A stretch of 63,855 nucleotides of DNA, filler included, from Guillardia theta CCMP2712 (taxonomy: Eukaryota; Protista; Cryptophyta): NCBI RefSeq assembly GCF_000315625.1. It is 3 parts of 3 records of this genome, joined end to end, with 100 filler letters (N's around TTAATTAATTAA, not from the genome) between each part and the next. Parts side by side here need not be neighbours in the genome. Positions count along the whole stretch, not along the records: positions 1 to 28,800 come from NW_005434497.1; 2 more parts are not named here. The stretch is one strand, 5' to 3'. A model generated the notes under the pieces. The model was not told where the DNA came from. It made no database searches and was given only the letters and a program-made list of their open reading frames with translations. This document shows, piece by piece, positions 12,958 to 25,615 of this stretch. Every line of letters starts with the position of its first letter. Positions within the stretch are counted from its first letter, which is position 1. Made by a program: the position numbers and the translations under genes.

Positions 12958-15900
12958 TCACACGTCCTGCATCGCCTCGTCCGAATGTTGTGACATGTAC
13001 ATAGAGCAGCGCTCGTTTAGCACTTCGATCTGCCTGCCATCCTTTGTATCAGTTCCGCCGGCCCCCACCGACAGCAGCAGACCTCAGCAGCTCCTTCCTC
13101 TCTGAGTTCAACCTGGCAAGGTCATCTACGAGCTCCTGTCAGCCCCGTGAGCTGACGAGGGGGGAGGTCTGGAGGCGTCACCTTAACAAGCGAGTTCTCG
13201 GACTGCTTCGCTGCCGTCGAGCCAGTCATGTTCCTCATCAGCCTGGCGACCTTCCCCTGTCATCCTCCAGTCAGATCCGCTCCTCTTCCTCAGGGTCTCA
13301 CTGACCTCAAGGCTGTTGACCAGGACGACAAGCTTGCTCTCTGGTGATCCCAGTCAGTCCTGTCAGGACCCCTCTTTTCGTCCCCTCACCGTTCGCGCTC
13401 ATCCTCTCCTCCTGGTCCTCTTGGTCCCGCCGCACACTCATCGAACCGAGCATCTCGTCCATGCAGGCATGGCAAACGTGAAGGCGATCGGTCACCATCT
13501 GAACTTCAGCCTCTGCCAGCAGATTTGTGAGTTAGGAGGAGGAGGAGGAGGAGGGAGAAAACTCGCACCGGTCTTCTTGAGGACCGTCGAATCTGCCTGC
13601 ATCACATCAAGCTCGTTGCAGAGGTGTTTGATGTAGGTCGCCGCCCTCCTCAAGGCCTTCTGAAGGACTTCGATCCTCCCTGTGAAAAAGAAGCAAGAAT
13701 CAGCAATCAGGAAGGAGCCGGCGGAAGATCAGCCGGGAGGGAGGCGAGAAGGAGTAGAGCAACAGCCCACCTTGCCTCGTCTCCTCGCTGAACAAGCATG
13801 CAGACTCTGCCAGGCCAACCAGAGCCGCGTGCAGCTCTTGCCTCTCGCGGAAGAGCATGTCGGGATCGAACTGGCTCGAGATGAGGGGGTCTGCTGCTGC
13901 ACTGCGATGTGATGGCTCGTCCGCCTGCTCTCTATAATCGAGAGGTGCTGAGGGCGCTTGGCGCCCTTGCGGTAGGAGGACCTCGTTTCTCTTGCCAGCA
14001 GCTGCACCGGCTGAGGAGGAAGAGGTTTCTTCCCGAGGCCTGAGGGCCAGTGACGTTTGCACGTTCTCCTCGATCCGTAAGCACATGGCATGCAGATCCT
14101 CCATCCTCGACTCCATGACCGCCATGAGACTCCTGATCTCCTCCTCCAGCAGAGCTCGAGCTCTTTCCTCCTGCGCCTCCTCCCCCCCGCCTCCCTTGCG
14201 CTCACTCGCCTCTTGCTCCACGATCTCAGACATGGACAGGTAGCTGAAGTCCAACCCTTCCTCCCTGCTCCTTCCCTCATCCTGCCATGCAGACTTCCCC
14301 CTCTCCCCCTGCTTGCTCTCACTCTGGCCATCCAACGAGCTGATCCTCAGGAGCCTCTCATCCGCCTCATCCAACGGCAGCGAGATCGAAGCCGCGGGAG
14401 GCTCCTCCCCCTCCTCGAGCAGGTCAAACGCAAGCTGGATGACATCGGAGACTGAATGCTGGGATGAGGCCTTGGTTGACCACCGGGCCCGCAAGTCCTT
14501 CTCTCGGGCTACCAGGCCCTCAGTCTCTCTCTTCATCCTATCTATGTATTCCTGGCAGGCCTTGAGATACAGTGTCCTCCTCTTGAGCTCGTTGAGCAAG
14601 CTCTCGTAGATGTCTCCTGCTCTCTCCACTTCCTCGTGCAGGATCTGAACGCCCGACTTGAAGTCCACCGCCTCCTTGATCCTCTGATCCAGCGGCATGC
14701 CATCGGACTTGGGGAAAGCTGCACGGACGAGATGCTGCAGAGATGACGTGGCAAGGCGGATCCACTGCTGGAAGTGGAAGGCAAACGCAACCGAGCCTTC
14801 AGTGATGGAGATGGAGAGATTCTCCACCGTCCGGCTCTCGGCCTGCATGTAGCCCAGCTCTTCCTGGGCCTCGCTAGTAGCATTCTGCACCTCCTGCTTC
14901 GTGATACTGTCCCCTTCGGTCAGGAGCTTGGAGAGCCGCCGGACCCTTCCGTGTGTGGCCTCGTTGAGCTGGAAGATCTTGCAGGCGATCTGATTGAGCT
15001 GCTTCAGCTTCTCGCTGGAGTGATCACGCGAGGCCTTCATGGTCATGTACATGATCCTGATCCGATCATCGAAGTCCAGGGAGAGAGAGCTTCTCTTCAA
15101 GGACGGGGCATCCTCCTCGCTGCATGCATCGAAGTCCTGCGCGTGTGTCTGGCTCCTGCAAGATGGCTCAGCTGCGGAAGGAGGAGCAAAAGGCGAATCC
15201 GGTCTTACCAGACGCTGCATCTCTCCTTGAGCAGCATGACGAGCTCGTAGTTCCCGCTGAAGCTGAGGACGTTGCGCAGCAGGGAGTCGTCCAGTGGTCG
15301 TCCAGACAGCTTGAACCACTCCATGAGCCCCTCATCGACGGGCATCTGCTCGAGCTTCGCTATCCTCTCCTTGCAAGACTCGAACATCGCCAGCTGCTTG
15401 GCCCGCTCCTCGCGGTCGACACTCTGCCTTGACCGGTTCCCAGCTCCGTCATCCTTGGACTCCAGCTCTTCGAGATACCTGAGGAGACCGACATGAGACC
15501 ACACGTGCACGCGTGTCCCAGAAGAATGTTGATCGATATCACCAGATGAGCACGTTGATGGACTCCTGTTGAATGCTCGCGATCTCGAAGCCTTCGACCA
15601 TCTTGTCAACCTGACCGTCGATCAACGTCAGGATGCCATCTGCAGCATTCGACATGCACGAGAAGGAGCATATCTCTATCTTCGCGCTCGTTCCAGCGCT
15701 ACAGGTGCAGGCGAGTCTGAGGCATTTCGAGGCAACTCACCAGCTTCGTCGCGCTCTGGTGCCTCCCTCGGATCTTCTGTTCCACAGGAAGCATCTGCTT
15801 CGACAGCAAAGAAAGATCCTTGAGAAGTTCCACGTCCTCGTTCGATTCTCCATCTCTGCCGCTACCGGACAGCAGCCCACTGCTCCTCATCGCAGGCGCC

Positions 15901-16367
15901 CCCTCCCCATCGAAGAGGCTCCTTGTCGACCTACCTAGTTCGGACTGACATCCCTCATCGTCCGCACACCTGCCGATCTTTGAGCTCGATCATGCTCTTT
16001 CCTCTCTCTCTGCATCACCGTATCCGCGACATGTCGAAGGCGAAGACCTTCTTGTCGCTCTTGGGGATTTCGTACTGGGACAACCATTTTCCATCGAGCA
16101 GCTCGACGGGAGGAGCATGGCTTTCTCCTTGCTCGACGCTCAAGAAGATGATCTCAGCCACTTTAGAATGCTCCACGGAAGAAGCGAATGCTCTCCGAAG
16201 CTCGCGAACACTGAGGGGGCGTCAGGTGCGGCCGACGACAAACATGGCTGCGCTGACCTGCAGCCGCATGGCAGGCTGAGATTGACTCTCTGACCTGTCA
16301 AGGCATCCAAGACCGAGAAGCTGAACACATCATGACCATCGCTGCGTGATGAAACCTCGGACTCCAT
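12958..16367 (-). CDS. ATG11: ATG11/FIP200(RB1CC1)-like autophagy scaffold, multi-exon coiled-coil protein
   Basis: N-terminal WLSQYEIPKSDKKVFAFDMSRIR resembles the plant ATG11 N-terminal block; YESLLNELKRRTLY...EKDLRARW resembles the ATG17-like domain; long coiled coils follow. Confidence 0.55.
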
Positions 16368-17743
16368 CCTCGGATCTGCCAACACACGCGCTTCAAAAAA
16401 AACCTGCATCAACCGTATCCTCAATCTGCCATCTCCCACAGATAGCATCAACCACGATCACCTTCTCTCTCCTCCCTCTCCGATACCTCTCTTCCTCTTC
16501 CTCCATAGCTCACGCCTCTCCTCCTCCTCCTTCTCCTCCTTCCGTCTCCATCCCTCCCACCATGCCCAGCCCCATCAAACTTCATGGAAACGCCCGTGCC
16601 CCCCTCGTCCTTGTCACCACCCACACCCACTACCCCTATCTCCCAGCCTACCCACCAGGACCTTTTCCTTCCTACTACCCCACCCTCTTAGGTCTGATCT
16701 CTGTTCCTTGCTGGGTGCAATTGTACCTGTGTGTGACCTACCCCTACCCCTACCCTCCAACAAAATCATAAGTCCATCATAGGACAAAGTCACCTACCCA
16801 CCCTATCCAGAACGTGTCTTAGTGTTACACTACCCCCTGAACTTCCCTGAGACTAGAAAGAAGGCTACCCACCCCAACATAAAGTACCCCACCCCCATTT
16901 GAGCAGCATCCCCATTTTGAGTACCCCACCCTGGGGTTATATCTTCTTGAGTTTGTGTGCCGGTATGCTTGTGAAGTGTTGTCTATTTCCGAGGCAATTT
17001 TGAACTGTATCAGCAGATATTGAACTTGAAACTTATATTTCGAAAATTTTCCCATCGTTTTGGGAGATATTCACGAAAAATGGAGTTTGTGAGTTCTTTT
17101 TTTCTTTTACGCAATGTACTTCTTTTTTTTGGACTTCACTCTTGGAGTACCCCCTTCTCTGAGCTCTCAAAACTTTGAAAACAAGGGGTAGTAGTGAATA
17201 CAAATACATGACCCTTCGCCATGCAGGATGCGAGGGGCGATGGTGGGGAGGGAGGGGAGCGAAGGGAAGAGAGCAGAGATGGCAGAGAAGAGCAGACGGG
17301 GGGGGGATGAGAGACGTTGTAATGGGAGAGAGAGGTTGTTGCAAGTGAGGAGAGTGGTAGGGAGTGGAGGAGAAGATAGTGGAGCAGAGGGAGTAAGAAC
17401 CAATACTGAGGGATGCGCGGAGTTAGTCTTAATGACTATCGGAAGATGGTTGTAGAGAGGTCGAGGAGTACAACGTGAATTGCCGCTATGGTGAAGAGAT
17501 TTACGAGCTGAGAGAGGAATGGGATGGAAGGAGGACAGAGGAAGGAGAGTGGGAGATGGGAGAAACCTCTCTATGGGTACTAGGGCGATTCAAAGGCAGC
17601 ACTCGCGGCTAATCTGAGTAGTGAGAGTCGTGAAGGTAGATTCTATTCGATTCGAAGTTGAGGAGGATCGTAGAAGAATGTTCCCATCAGATCGAGCGGA
17701 TCGTGGGGGTCAGGATGAGAGGGTGAGAGAGATAGAGAGTTCC

Positions 17744-20700
17744 ATGGGAAACATTAGTTTGGGTGTGCACTGACAAGTTTCACTTCAAGGGTGTCCTCCA
17801 TGGCTCCCTCCGGATCGGATTGGAGGTGAGTTTGAGGGCGTGCAAACGCTGTGTTGTGCGGATCTCTGATCTTTGGAGGGCAGGAAAGAGGTCAAGGGAG
17901 AGAGGGCGAGGAGGACGAGGTTTGTCACTTGAAGCTTCTTCTCCTGCCCTGACGAGTTTGCTGCCCTCACAGCTCGAGGATCCTTATTGCACTGGCCACT
18001 GTGGTGACCATCGGAGGCGTTCTTCTTGCAGCGAACAATTCATACTTGTCGAAGCATGTGAGTCCTCCTCTCATGAAATCCGAGGGAAACTTGTTTGCGC
18101 TCAATGCCAGATTGAGCGCTGCGAATGCTTGTTCTTGTGCTGTGGGGCGGATGTCGTGCTGTTTCCAAATTTGTGTCGGATGCTCTCACTGACAGTCTGT
18201 GCTCCCAGGTATCGAAGACGATGCATTTGCTCGGCAACCATGAGTTGTAAGAACTTTCGTTCCCCTCCTCCCCCCCTCCCTTCCTCCCTCGTCTCACTCT
18301 ATTTCGCGGCAGCTCCTCGCTCCCCAAGGAGATGGGCCGTGGCAGGGACCCTCTTCCTGCCGTCAAGCTATCACCGGAGGCAAGCTTATTCTCGTGTGCT
18401 CCCCGGGTCCTCAAAACTCTTCTCAGGTCGTCCGTGCAATCCTCAACCTCCCAGAGAAGGACCAGATGTCGCTAGTTCTGCCGGCGCGGAACCCATCGGA
18501 GCGACATGTGCAGTATGAGGTTGCCTGCTCCCTACCTGTGTCCTTACAAGGCTGAGCATGAGGCTGGCAGATCATCGACAAGGCTGTGTCCAAAATGCGC
18601 AACCTCCCCTCCCTCAACTCCGTGCAGGTCTGAGCTCCGACCGAGCGTCCGCTGCCATGCCTGATGTTTCTCGCAGCTCTCACACGAGGAGGATGAGGAC
18701 GAAGACGCCCTCACTGAGGATGAAGGAGGACACCACAGTTTGACCCCAGCGCAGGAGCGAGCAGGTGATCAAAAGTCTCTTAACCCCTCCTCTCATTCTG
18801 CGATACCAGAGCGCCTGTGGGCTCTTATTTTTGTCACTGCCATCGTGACGGCCTCGGTGATCTTTGAGAGTATGAAGGAGATTGTCCAGAACAACACTCC
18901 ACCCACGATGAGAGGTCAGTCAGGGTTTCCCCCCCCGTCGCTCGCCCTCAAGGGAGCTGACTGAGTGTTTTGCAGCCGTTGTCGACAAGTTCTTTGGAGA
19001 GCTCGCGACTCTTGGTTTCATCGGCACTATCGCCTTTGTCCTCACCACGGGATTCGCTAATCAGGAGTCTATCCTTGGCCATCTGTCCTTCTGGTATGAT
19101 GAGACTTCGTCTGTTACCCTGCCCCCCTCCTCTCCTCTCCTCCCCTGCCCCACCTGCTCTCCCCCTTGCTCTCCCTTCCCCTCCCCTCTCCTAATCTGAC
19201 CCTTTACTCACCTTTCTCGCACTGGCTCGCAATCATAACATTTCCCCTACAGGTATACAGGAGACAACCACCTCCTAATCCACGAGTTCGAGATCCTTCA
19301 CTTCCTCGTGTTCTTCGTCATGGTCTTCTTTGTGTCCTCAGTCCTCGTCATCTTGCAGATCACAGGTGAGCCTCCTCCCTACTCCTCCTTGACCTGATCC
19401 TCTCTCGCAGTGGCCCAGAAGCAGGCATGGCAGGACCACGAGACGTTGCTCCTGGAGGAGGTGGGAGCAGGGAAGTCCAAGGACGAGATCAAGGAACTGC
19501 TGTCTATCTCAGCTGAAAGCATCGCCATGGAGGGGACGCTGACCTCCGAGTACACCAAGGACTTGAAGACGCGCGAGGCAGAGTTCATGAGGTTCAGGTG
19601 ACGACGACGAGAGGGCTGGGGGCCGAGCGACTGACGCCCTCCCGTCCTCCTGCAGGCAGAGGTTCATCCAGGACGTCGAGTGCCCGGTCGCGATCCCCGA
19701 GGACTTCAGCTTCTCCGAGTACCTCGAGCGAATGATCGCCAAGTACCTTGCGGAGGTGGTGGAGATCACGGTGTGGGACTGGGCTGTCCTGTGGAGCGTC
19801 TTCCTGCTCCTCTTCGTCCTCAACGCCCTTGTCCAGACCTTCTTCCCCAGCATGAAAGACGGCGACATGCCCATCTACGCTGTCTGCGCTGGTTTCGCCG
19901 TCCTCCAGCTGGCGCTGCTGGTCTTCGCCGTGCTGGGCTTTAGGTCGCTGGCGTACATCAAGATGATGTTGATCCCCGGGGTGAGGGGGAGCGAGCTAGA
20001 AAGGATCTCGAGCGGGGCCTCGAAGACTGTGGACTTCCAGAAGCTCATCATGCCTCCTCGCTACATGGAGGAGATGAAGCTGGCGACCAAGGAGTGGAAC
20101 TCGAGCTGGGTCAACTCCGGACTTGACCTTATCTTCCCCAAGACTCACCTTCCCTCCAAGCACCAGCAGCTCTTCGGACCGCTCGGAGCGAGGGGCCCGC
20201 TGATCTACCTGCACTACCTCAAGCTTATCCTCCTCGGCTCCGTCGTCTCCATCGCCGCCCTCTGCGTCATCCTGTTCCAGCCCCTCTGGACTCTGAACCC
20301 GCTCCTCCCCTTCCTCGCCATCGTCCCAGCCATCATCTGCATCTTCCTCACTCCCCGCATGGTGATCTTGTACACCTGGTGCTGCTCTACGGAGATGCTC
20401 AAGGATATCGATGTGGTGATCGAGGTGGTCAGGAAGCAGAAGCAGGACAAGCTGCTCGACATCCTCCGCATCCTCTCCATGCTCTCCTACTTCCTTGACC
20501 AGGTCGAGTTCCTCAAGAGCATGTCTAGCAAGGCCCAGGGTGCCGACGACCAGAAGGCCGCCATCACGGAGGCGCAGTGGGAGAAGTTGATGGCGCAGAC
20601 TGACCCGCACGTGGTCGACGATCTAAACGCGCTCTTCCTCGCCTACGACACCGACGAGTCAGGCGAGCTGGACTGCCAGGAGGTGAAGGAGCTGGTAGAG

Positions 20701-21069
20701 CAGATGGGGACGAAGCTCACGGAGGAGGAGGCGGAGAACCTCTTCAGGATCATGGATGCTGACGGCAGCGGGACTGTGGACTTCAAGGAGTTCGCCATGG
20801 TGATCCTGCACCAGAAGAACTCCAAGAAGGGCAAAGTCTCCTACGCGGAGCTCGCGGAGAAAATGTTCCGCATCTTCGACCAGGATGGCAGTGGGGTGGT
20901 GCAGCAGGACGAGATCGTCCAGCAGATCTCCAAGCTGGGGAAGAACTGGGACAGTGCAGGGATCCTCTACTTCCTGCAGCAGATCGACAAGGACGGGTCG
21001 GGGGAGATCGAGAAGCACGAGTTCGTGGACTACATCACCAAGATCGAGGCCGAGATGTCCCTGACCTGA
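17744..21069 (+). CDS. MLO-like multi-pass membrane protein with four C-terminal EF-hands, multi-exon, start approximate
   Basis: GELATLGFIG, LHFLVFFVM, W..E and FR|QRFI...DFSFSEYL...VVEITVWDW parallel MLO motifs. EF loops DTDESGELDCQE, DADGSGTVDFKE, DQDGSGVVQQDE and DKDGSGEIEKHE. Confidence 0.75.
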
Positions 21070-22012
21070 TGAACTTACAGAGCAGGAAGGAACTTGAGAC
21101 TTCGCCCTCCTCTATCTACAGACCTCGGGCAGTCGATTCCTTAGCTGGGTCGACTCAGCTGCTGCCGCCTCACGTCGGAGTCCGATCACAACTCGCCGGC
21201 TATTATAAGGCCGGCTGATGCTGTTCAGTTCCTCAATGCCACGGTCTTGAAGGCCCTAAAGTGAGATGATTCAATGATTACTGCCATGATAGTCAGCTCC
21301 CGACAATAAAGCACAATCCCCGAACTTGACTTGTGTTGATCGCGAGGTTCGCCGTCACCCGGGTTCGGAGGACTGACGTAACTGTCCCGGCAATGCGAAC
21401 CGTCGGGCCCGGTCACGTTCGGAGGGCCTCAGTTCAGCCGCCAGTGGCAGTGCCCTGGCAGTGGCCCGGGCCGCTAAGTTAAAAATCAGTACGAGGATCG
21501 GACAATCAAGAGAGTCAGTGTCAGTGTTGCACAGGCCATACGTGGCGGCGGCCGCCCCCGAAGGAATGAGACGCATTCTCACGCCGGTCACGGAGTCGGA
21601 ACCGTGCGGCGGCGGCCCGGTACTACGGTCACTGACTGATCATCGGATATCAGTCACGGTCACGGTGGGCCGCCCGGCCCCGGGACCGTACAGTCCGCCG
21701 GACACTCAGTGAGTCAGGGATAGCTGTAAAGAACCTGACCTACCAGCTAGCAGTGGGGTGCGAGGGTGATGATCAATCGTTTACATATAAAAGCGAAATG
21801 AGGGAGGAGCAGGGGCGGAGCGAAGGGAAATGGGGGGGGGGGGGGAGGAGGAGGATGAGGAGGAGGATGAGGATGAGGATGAGGAGGAGGCCCGGGCTGC
21901 GGGGGATGTGGATTGGAAGAGCGAGGTGGAGGGGGAGGGAGAGGGAGAGGAAGCGAGTTTGATATCAGAAGACGTGTGGCATTGGGAAGAGCTTTTGAAT
22001 TTTATCTTGCAG

Positions 22013-22730
22013 ATGTCACAGAAGGCAGTCATGCTCGCTCTTGTTGTCCTGACCTACGTTGTTGAGGTATATGCATAGTTGTACTGCTGTCTGATCCCCA
22101 CGATCCTCCGACCCCTCCCTTCCCCTCCCCTCCCCTCCCCTTCTTCATCGCCACCACAGCAAATCCCCTCCCTCCCCGTTCCAGCTTCTCATTCTCTTCA
22201 TCATTCGCCCCAGCTCCTTGTCCCTCCTCCTCCTCCTCCTCTAACTGTTTCGCAGTCGTCCTGCTTCTCCCATGCTCCCTTCCTCTCATCTTCGTCTTTG
22301 GCTGCGGTCAAGTCCTGCAGACCTCTCGTGCTCAGGAGCAGGAACACTTTGAGGATGCAGACAAATCAGCCGGAGGAGGAGACGAAGGAAGATCCCTATG
22401 CTGTGAAGCCCCAGGTCCTGCTCTCCTGCTCTCCTGCTCTCCTGCTCTCCTGCTCTCCTGCTCTCTTCTTGCCCCCCCCCCCCTTCCGTTCTCCTACTCT
22501 TTGCTCTTCCCTTCCGCAAAACTCAATCCTGCTGGCTCCTCCACTGTCTCCTCGGACATCTGTTTTACTCTCCCCTCCTGCCTCCTGCCTCCTATCTCTC
22601 TGCTCTCCTGCTCTTCTCGACTCTTTCTCCTGTCTTCCTCGCTTCTCCTTCTCATCTCCTGATCCTCAGGTTCCCTCCTTCGCCAGGACGGAGAACCAGT
22701 GGGCTAAGGACCTCGAGGTGAGGAGCAAGA

Positions 22731-22781
<51 letters not shown>

Positions 22782-23064
22782 AACCTTGAGATGCATCAAA
22801 TGCTCGAATGTCTGTGAAGCCAGTGATGTGCGCGTAACGTGCTGTTGGGTCGCATAGGAAGGAGGAGGAGGAGGAGGAGGAGGAGGAGATAGTGGTGTGT
22901 GAAGTTGCTGGTCAGGTTGGGGAGGAAGACGGGGACAAGAACAAGAAGCTTTTGGCCATCACTACTGGAGCCGTCGCACTGGTGAGGGACCCATGAATGT
23001 CAGGCCTGCCCCTGCCTTTGCTCCTGCCCCTGCCCCTGCCCCTGCCCCTGCCCCTGCCCCTGCC

Positions 23065-23106
<42 letters not shown>

Positions 23107-23395
23107 ACTCCTGCTCCTGCTCCTGCTCCTGCGTTTACTTCGTCATCTGCGCGTGAAGTGTGCTTTACCTGACCCTCCCTTCTCTCCCCTCAGGTTCTCA
23201 GTGTTCTCTACCTCGTTGCGGTGGCACTTCTGGAGTCAAGAGGACCCCTCCAACCTCCTCCTCCTGAAGCTCTCCAAGGCGCTCTCCCGCAGTCTGTGAG
23301 TCCTCCCTACTTCCTCCTATCTCGATCGCTCTCCTAGAACTGTCTTGTCCCCTCCCCCACCGGTCGTCTTCTCCAGTCCTCGTTGCAAATCTTTA

Positions 23396-23426
<31 letters not shown>

Positions 23427-23430
23427 GCTA

Positions 23431-23475
<45 letters not shown>

Positions 23476-23585
23476 TATATGATTTTCTCACTCCTTCCGC
23501 TCACTCTTCGTTCCTCTCCCTCCCCCGCCCGCGTGAAATTCTAACGAGCGAGCAGGCCAGCCTCGTCTTGGCTCTCTTGCAGTGA
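22013..23585 (+). CDS. Small nucleus-encoded plastid membrane protein with bipartite presequence, cyanobacterial-type C-terminal domain
   Basis: Signal peptide MSQKAVMLALVVLTYVVE|SSC-F, S/R-rich transit peptide, then KLLAITTGAVAL|VLSVLYLVAVALLESRGPLQPPPPEAL. The last exon is tentative. Confidence 0.55.
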
Positions 23586-23825
23586 GAGATGGTAACGCAT
23601 TGAAGGAGGAAGAGGAAGGCGAGGGGAGACCAACGGGTGGAGGGAGGGGGAGGGGAGAGGAGGAGGAGAGAATGTTTCTAGGTTTACAAGCAGCATATGT
23701 CTCCTGTGACAGAAAAAAATCTCAAAAAATCCAAGAGACAGCTCACAATTTCCACAAGGGGGGCACGGAGGAGCAGGGAGGAGGGGTGGTGGAGACCAGA
23801 TGGTAATGGGGTGGTGGTGGTGAGT

Positions 23826-24880
23826 TCAAAGTAGCGACTGGCGTGCTGAAGTGTCTGTGCCGACAAGACCTGCCATGGCGCGTGAGAGGAGGAGGAGGAG
23901 GAGCAGGTGGTGGAGGTGGAGGTGGAGGTGGAGGAGGGAGAGACGGAAGAGTAGATCGGAAGGGAGGGAATGCCATGGAAAGGAAAGAGGAAGAGAGTAA
24001 AAGCGGGAAGGGAGGGGGGCGTGGGGGGCGGGGGCGGGGGCGGGAGGGCTGCGGGAAGAAAGAAGAGGGAGGAAGACGGTGCGGCTGATGGGCAGGGAGC
24101 GGTCAGTGATACCTCGCACGTGGGAGCAGCAGTTGTCTGCTAGAAGCGAACGATCCAGCCAGCATCGTGTCTGTGTGCAGGATTTCACCACCCTCTCCTC
24201 TACCTTGACCATCACCACATCCTGCTCCCCCTCCCCTCCTGCTGCTGCTCCTCTTCCGCCAACTTCCCTCTTCCTCAATTTCCTGCTCTTTCCCTCTTCC
24301 GTCCATGTCCTCCTTCTGCTCTCCTCCAGTATGCCTTCTTCCCCTCCTCCACTTCCCCTCCATCTGAGATGCTCTGATCCTACCTCCCCATGTCGGCGAT
24401 CTCTCCTGCCGTACCCTCCCTCGAGGACGGACACAACTCTGCCGTCGCAGCAGACGTCTGCAGGAGGCAGTGAGAGGAAGAGAGGAGGAGAACGAGGAGT
24501 GTTGGAGGCAAGTGGAATGGGGAGGTCAGATTCGAGCAGGACGATGAGGAGAAGAGGAGGAGATGAGGAGGAGAAGAGGAGGAGAAGAGGAGGAGATGTA
24601 GATAGAGGAGGAGGAGGAGCGGAGGTAAGAAGGGGCAGGATGAACCTGCAAGGGAACAAATCTCTTCCGTAGCCCAACGGTAGTCCTTCAGCCCAGTCAC
24701 AACAAATCCTGCTCAACTTCCGCCCCCCCCCCCTTCCTCTTCCTCCCTCAATCCTCTCGCTCCTCTCTTCCTACCTCGCATGTCAGGTCGAGTCCTCCCG
24801 GCATGTTGTCCAGCCAAAGGTTCGCGTTCCCCACGTCTCCTTCTGCTCCATCAAATCCCTGCAGCGGCAATCAGAATCTG

Positions 24881-24934
<54 letters not shown>

Positions 24935-25580
24935 CGTTCTCCTGCTCCTGCTCCTCTGCTCCTCGTTCTCCTCTCTTTTTCTTCCCCTCCTCGTTCTCCT
25001 CTTCTTCACCATGGAGAGGATGATCAGGTCCGGCGAGAAAGCTCTCAAGGTAGGGAGAAGCTTGTGCTGGATCTGCACCAGAGTCAATGCTCGCACTTCA
25101 GTATTCACCTTTCCTCTTCCTCCCTCCCTCTCCTCCCCTCTCCTCCCTCTCCTCCGCCTCTCCCTCTCCTCTCCCTCCCCTTTCCTCTTCCCACCTGCGA
25201 ACGGAAGTAGTTCCTCCCATGGCAACGCTTGAACATCTCCTGCCCCGCCCACCCTGGCAGCACGCTGCAAGCTCCTCCTCCTTCCCCCGGTTCCCTCTTG
25301 CTCGCCACCCTCGTCCTCTTGGACGGCCCGTTGCCCTCAACACACCAGCAAGGGTAGATGGGCACGTTGACGACGTTGTCTTGGACGATGTCTCCTCCTC
25401 CTGTCCCCGGGTAGAACTCGTACGCCTCCGGGATCCCCGTGTGCTGCGGCTGGAAGAGATGAATGGAGAAGAAGAACATCTCGTCGGGATGCTGCCGCGA
25501 CCTCAGCCTTACCAGCTCCTCCGTCCCGTTCCCGTGATGCACATCGAGGTCGACGATCGCCACCTTGCGGATCACCACAC

Positions 25581-25615
<35 letters not shown>

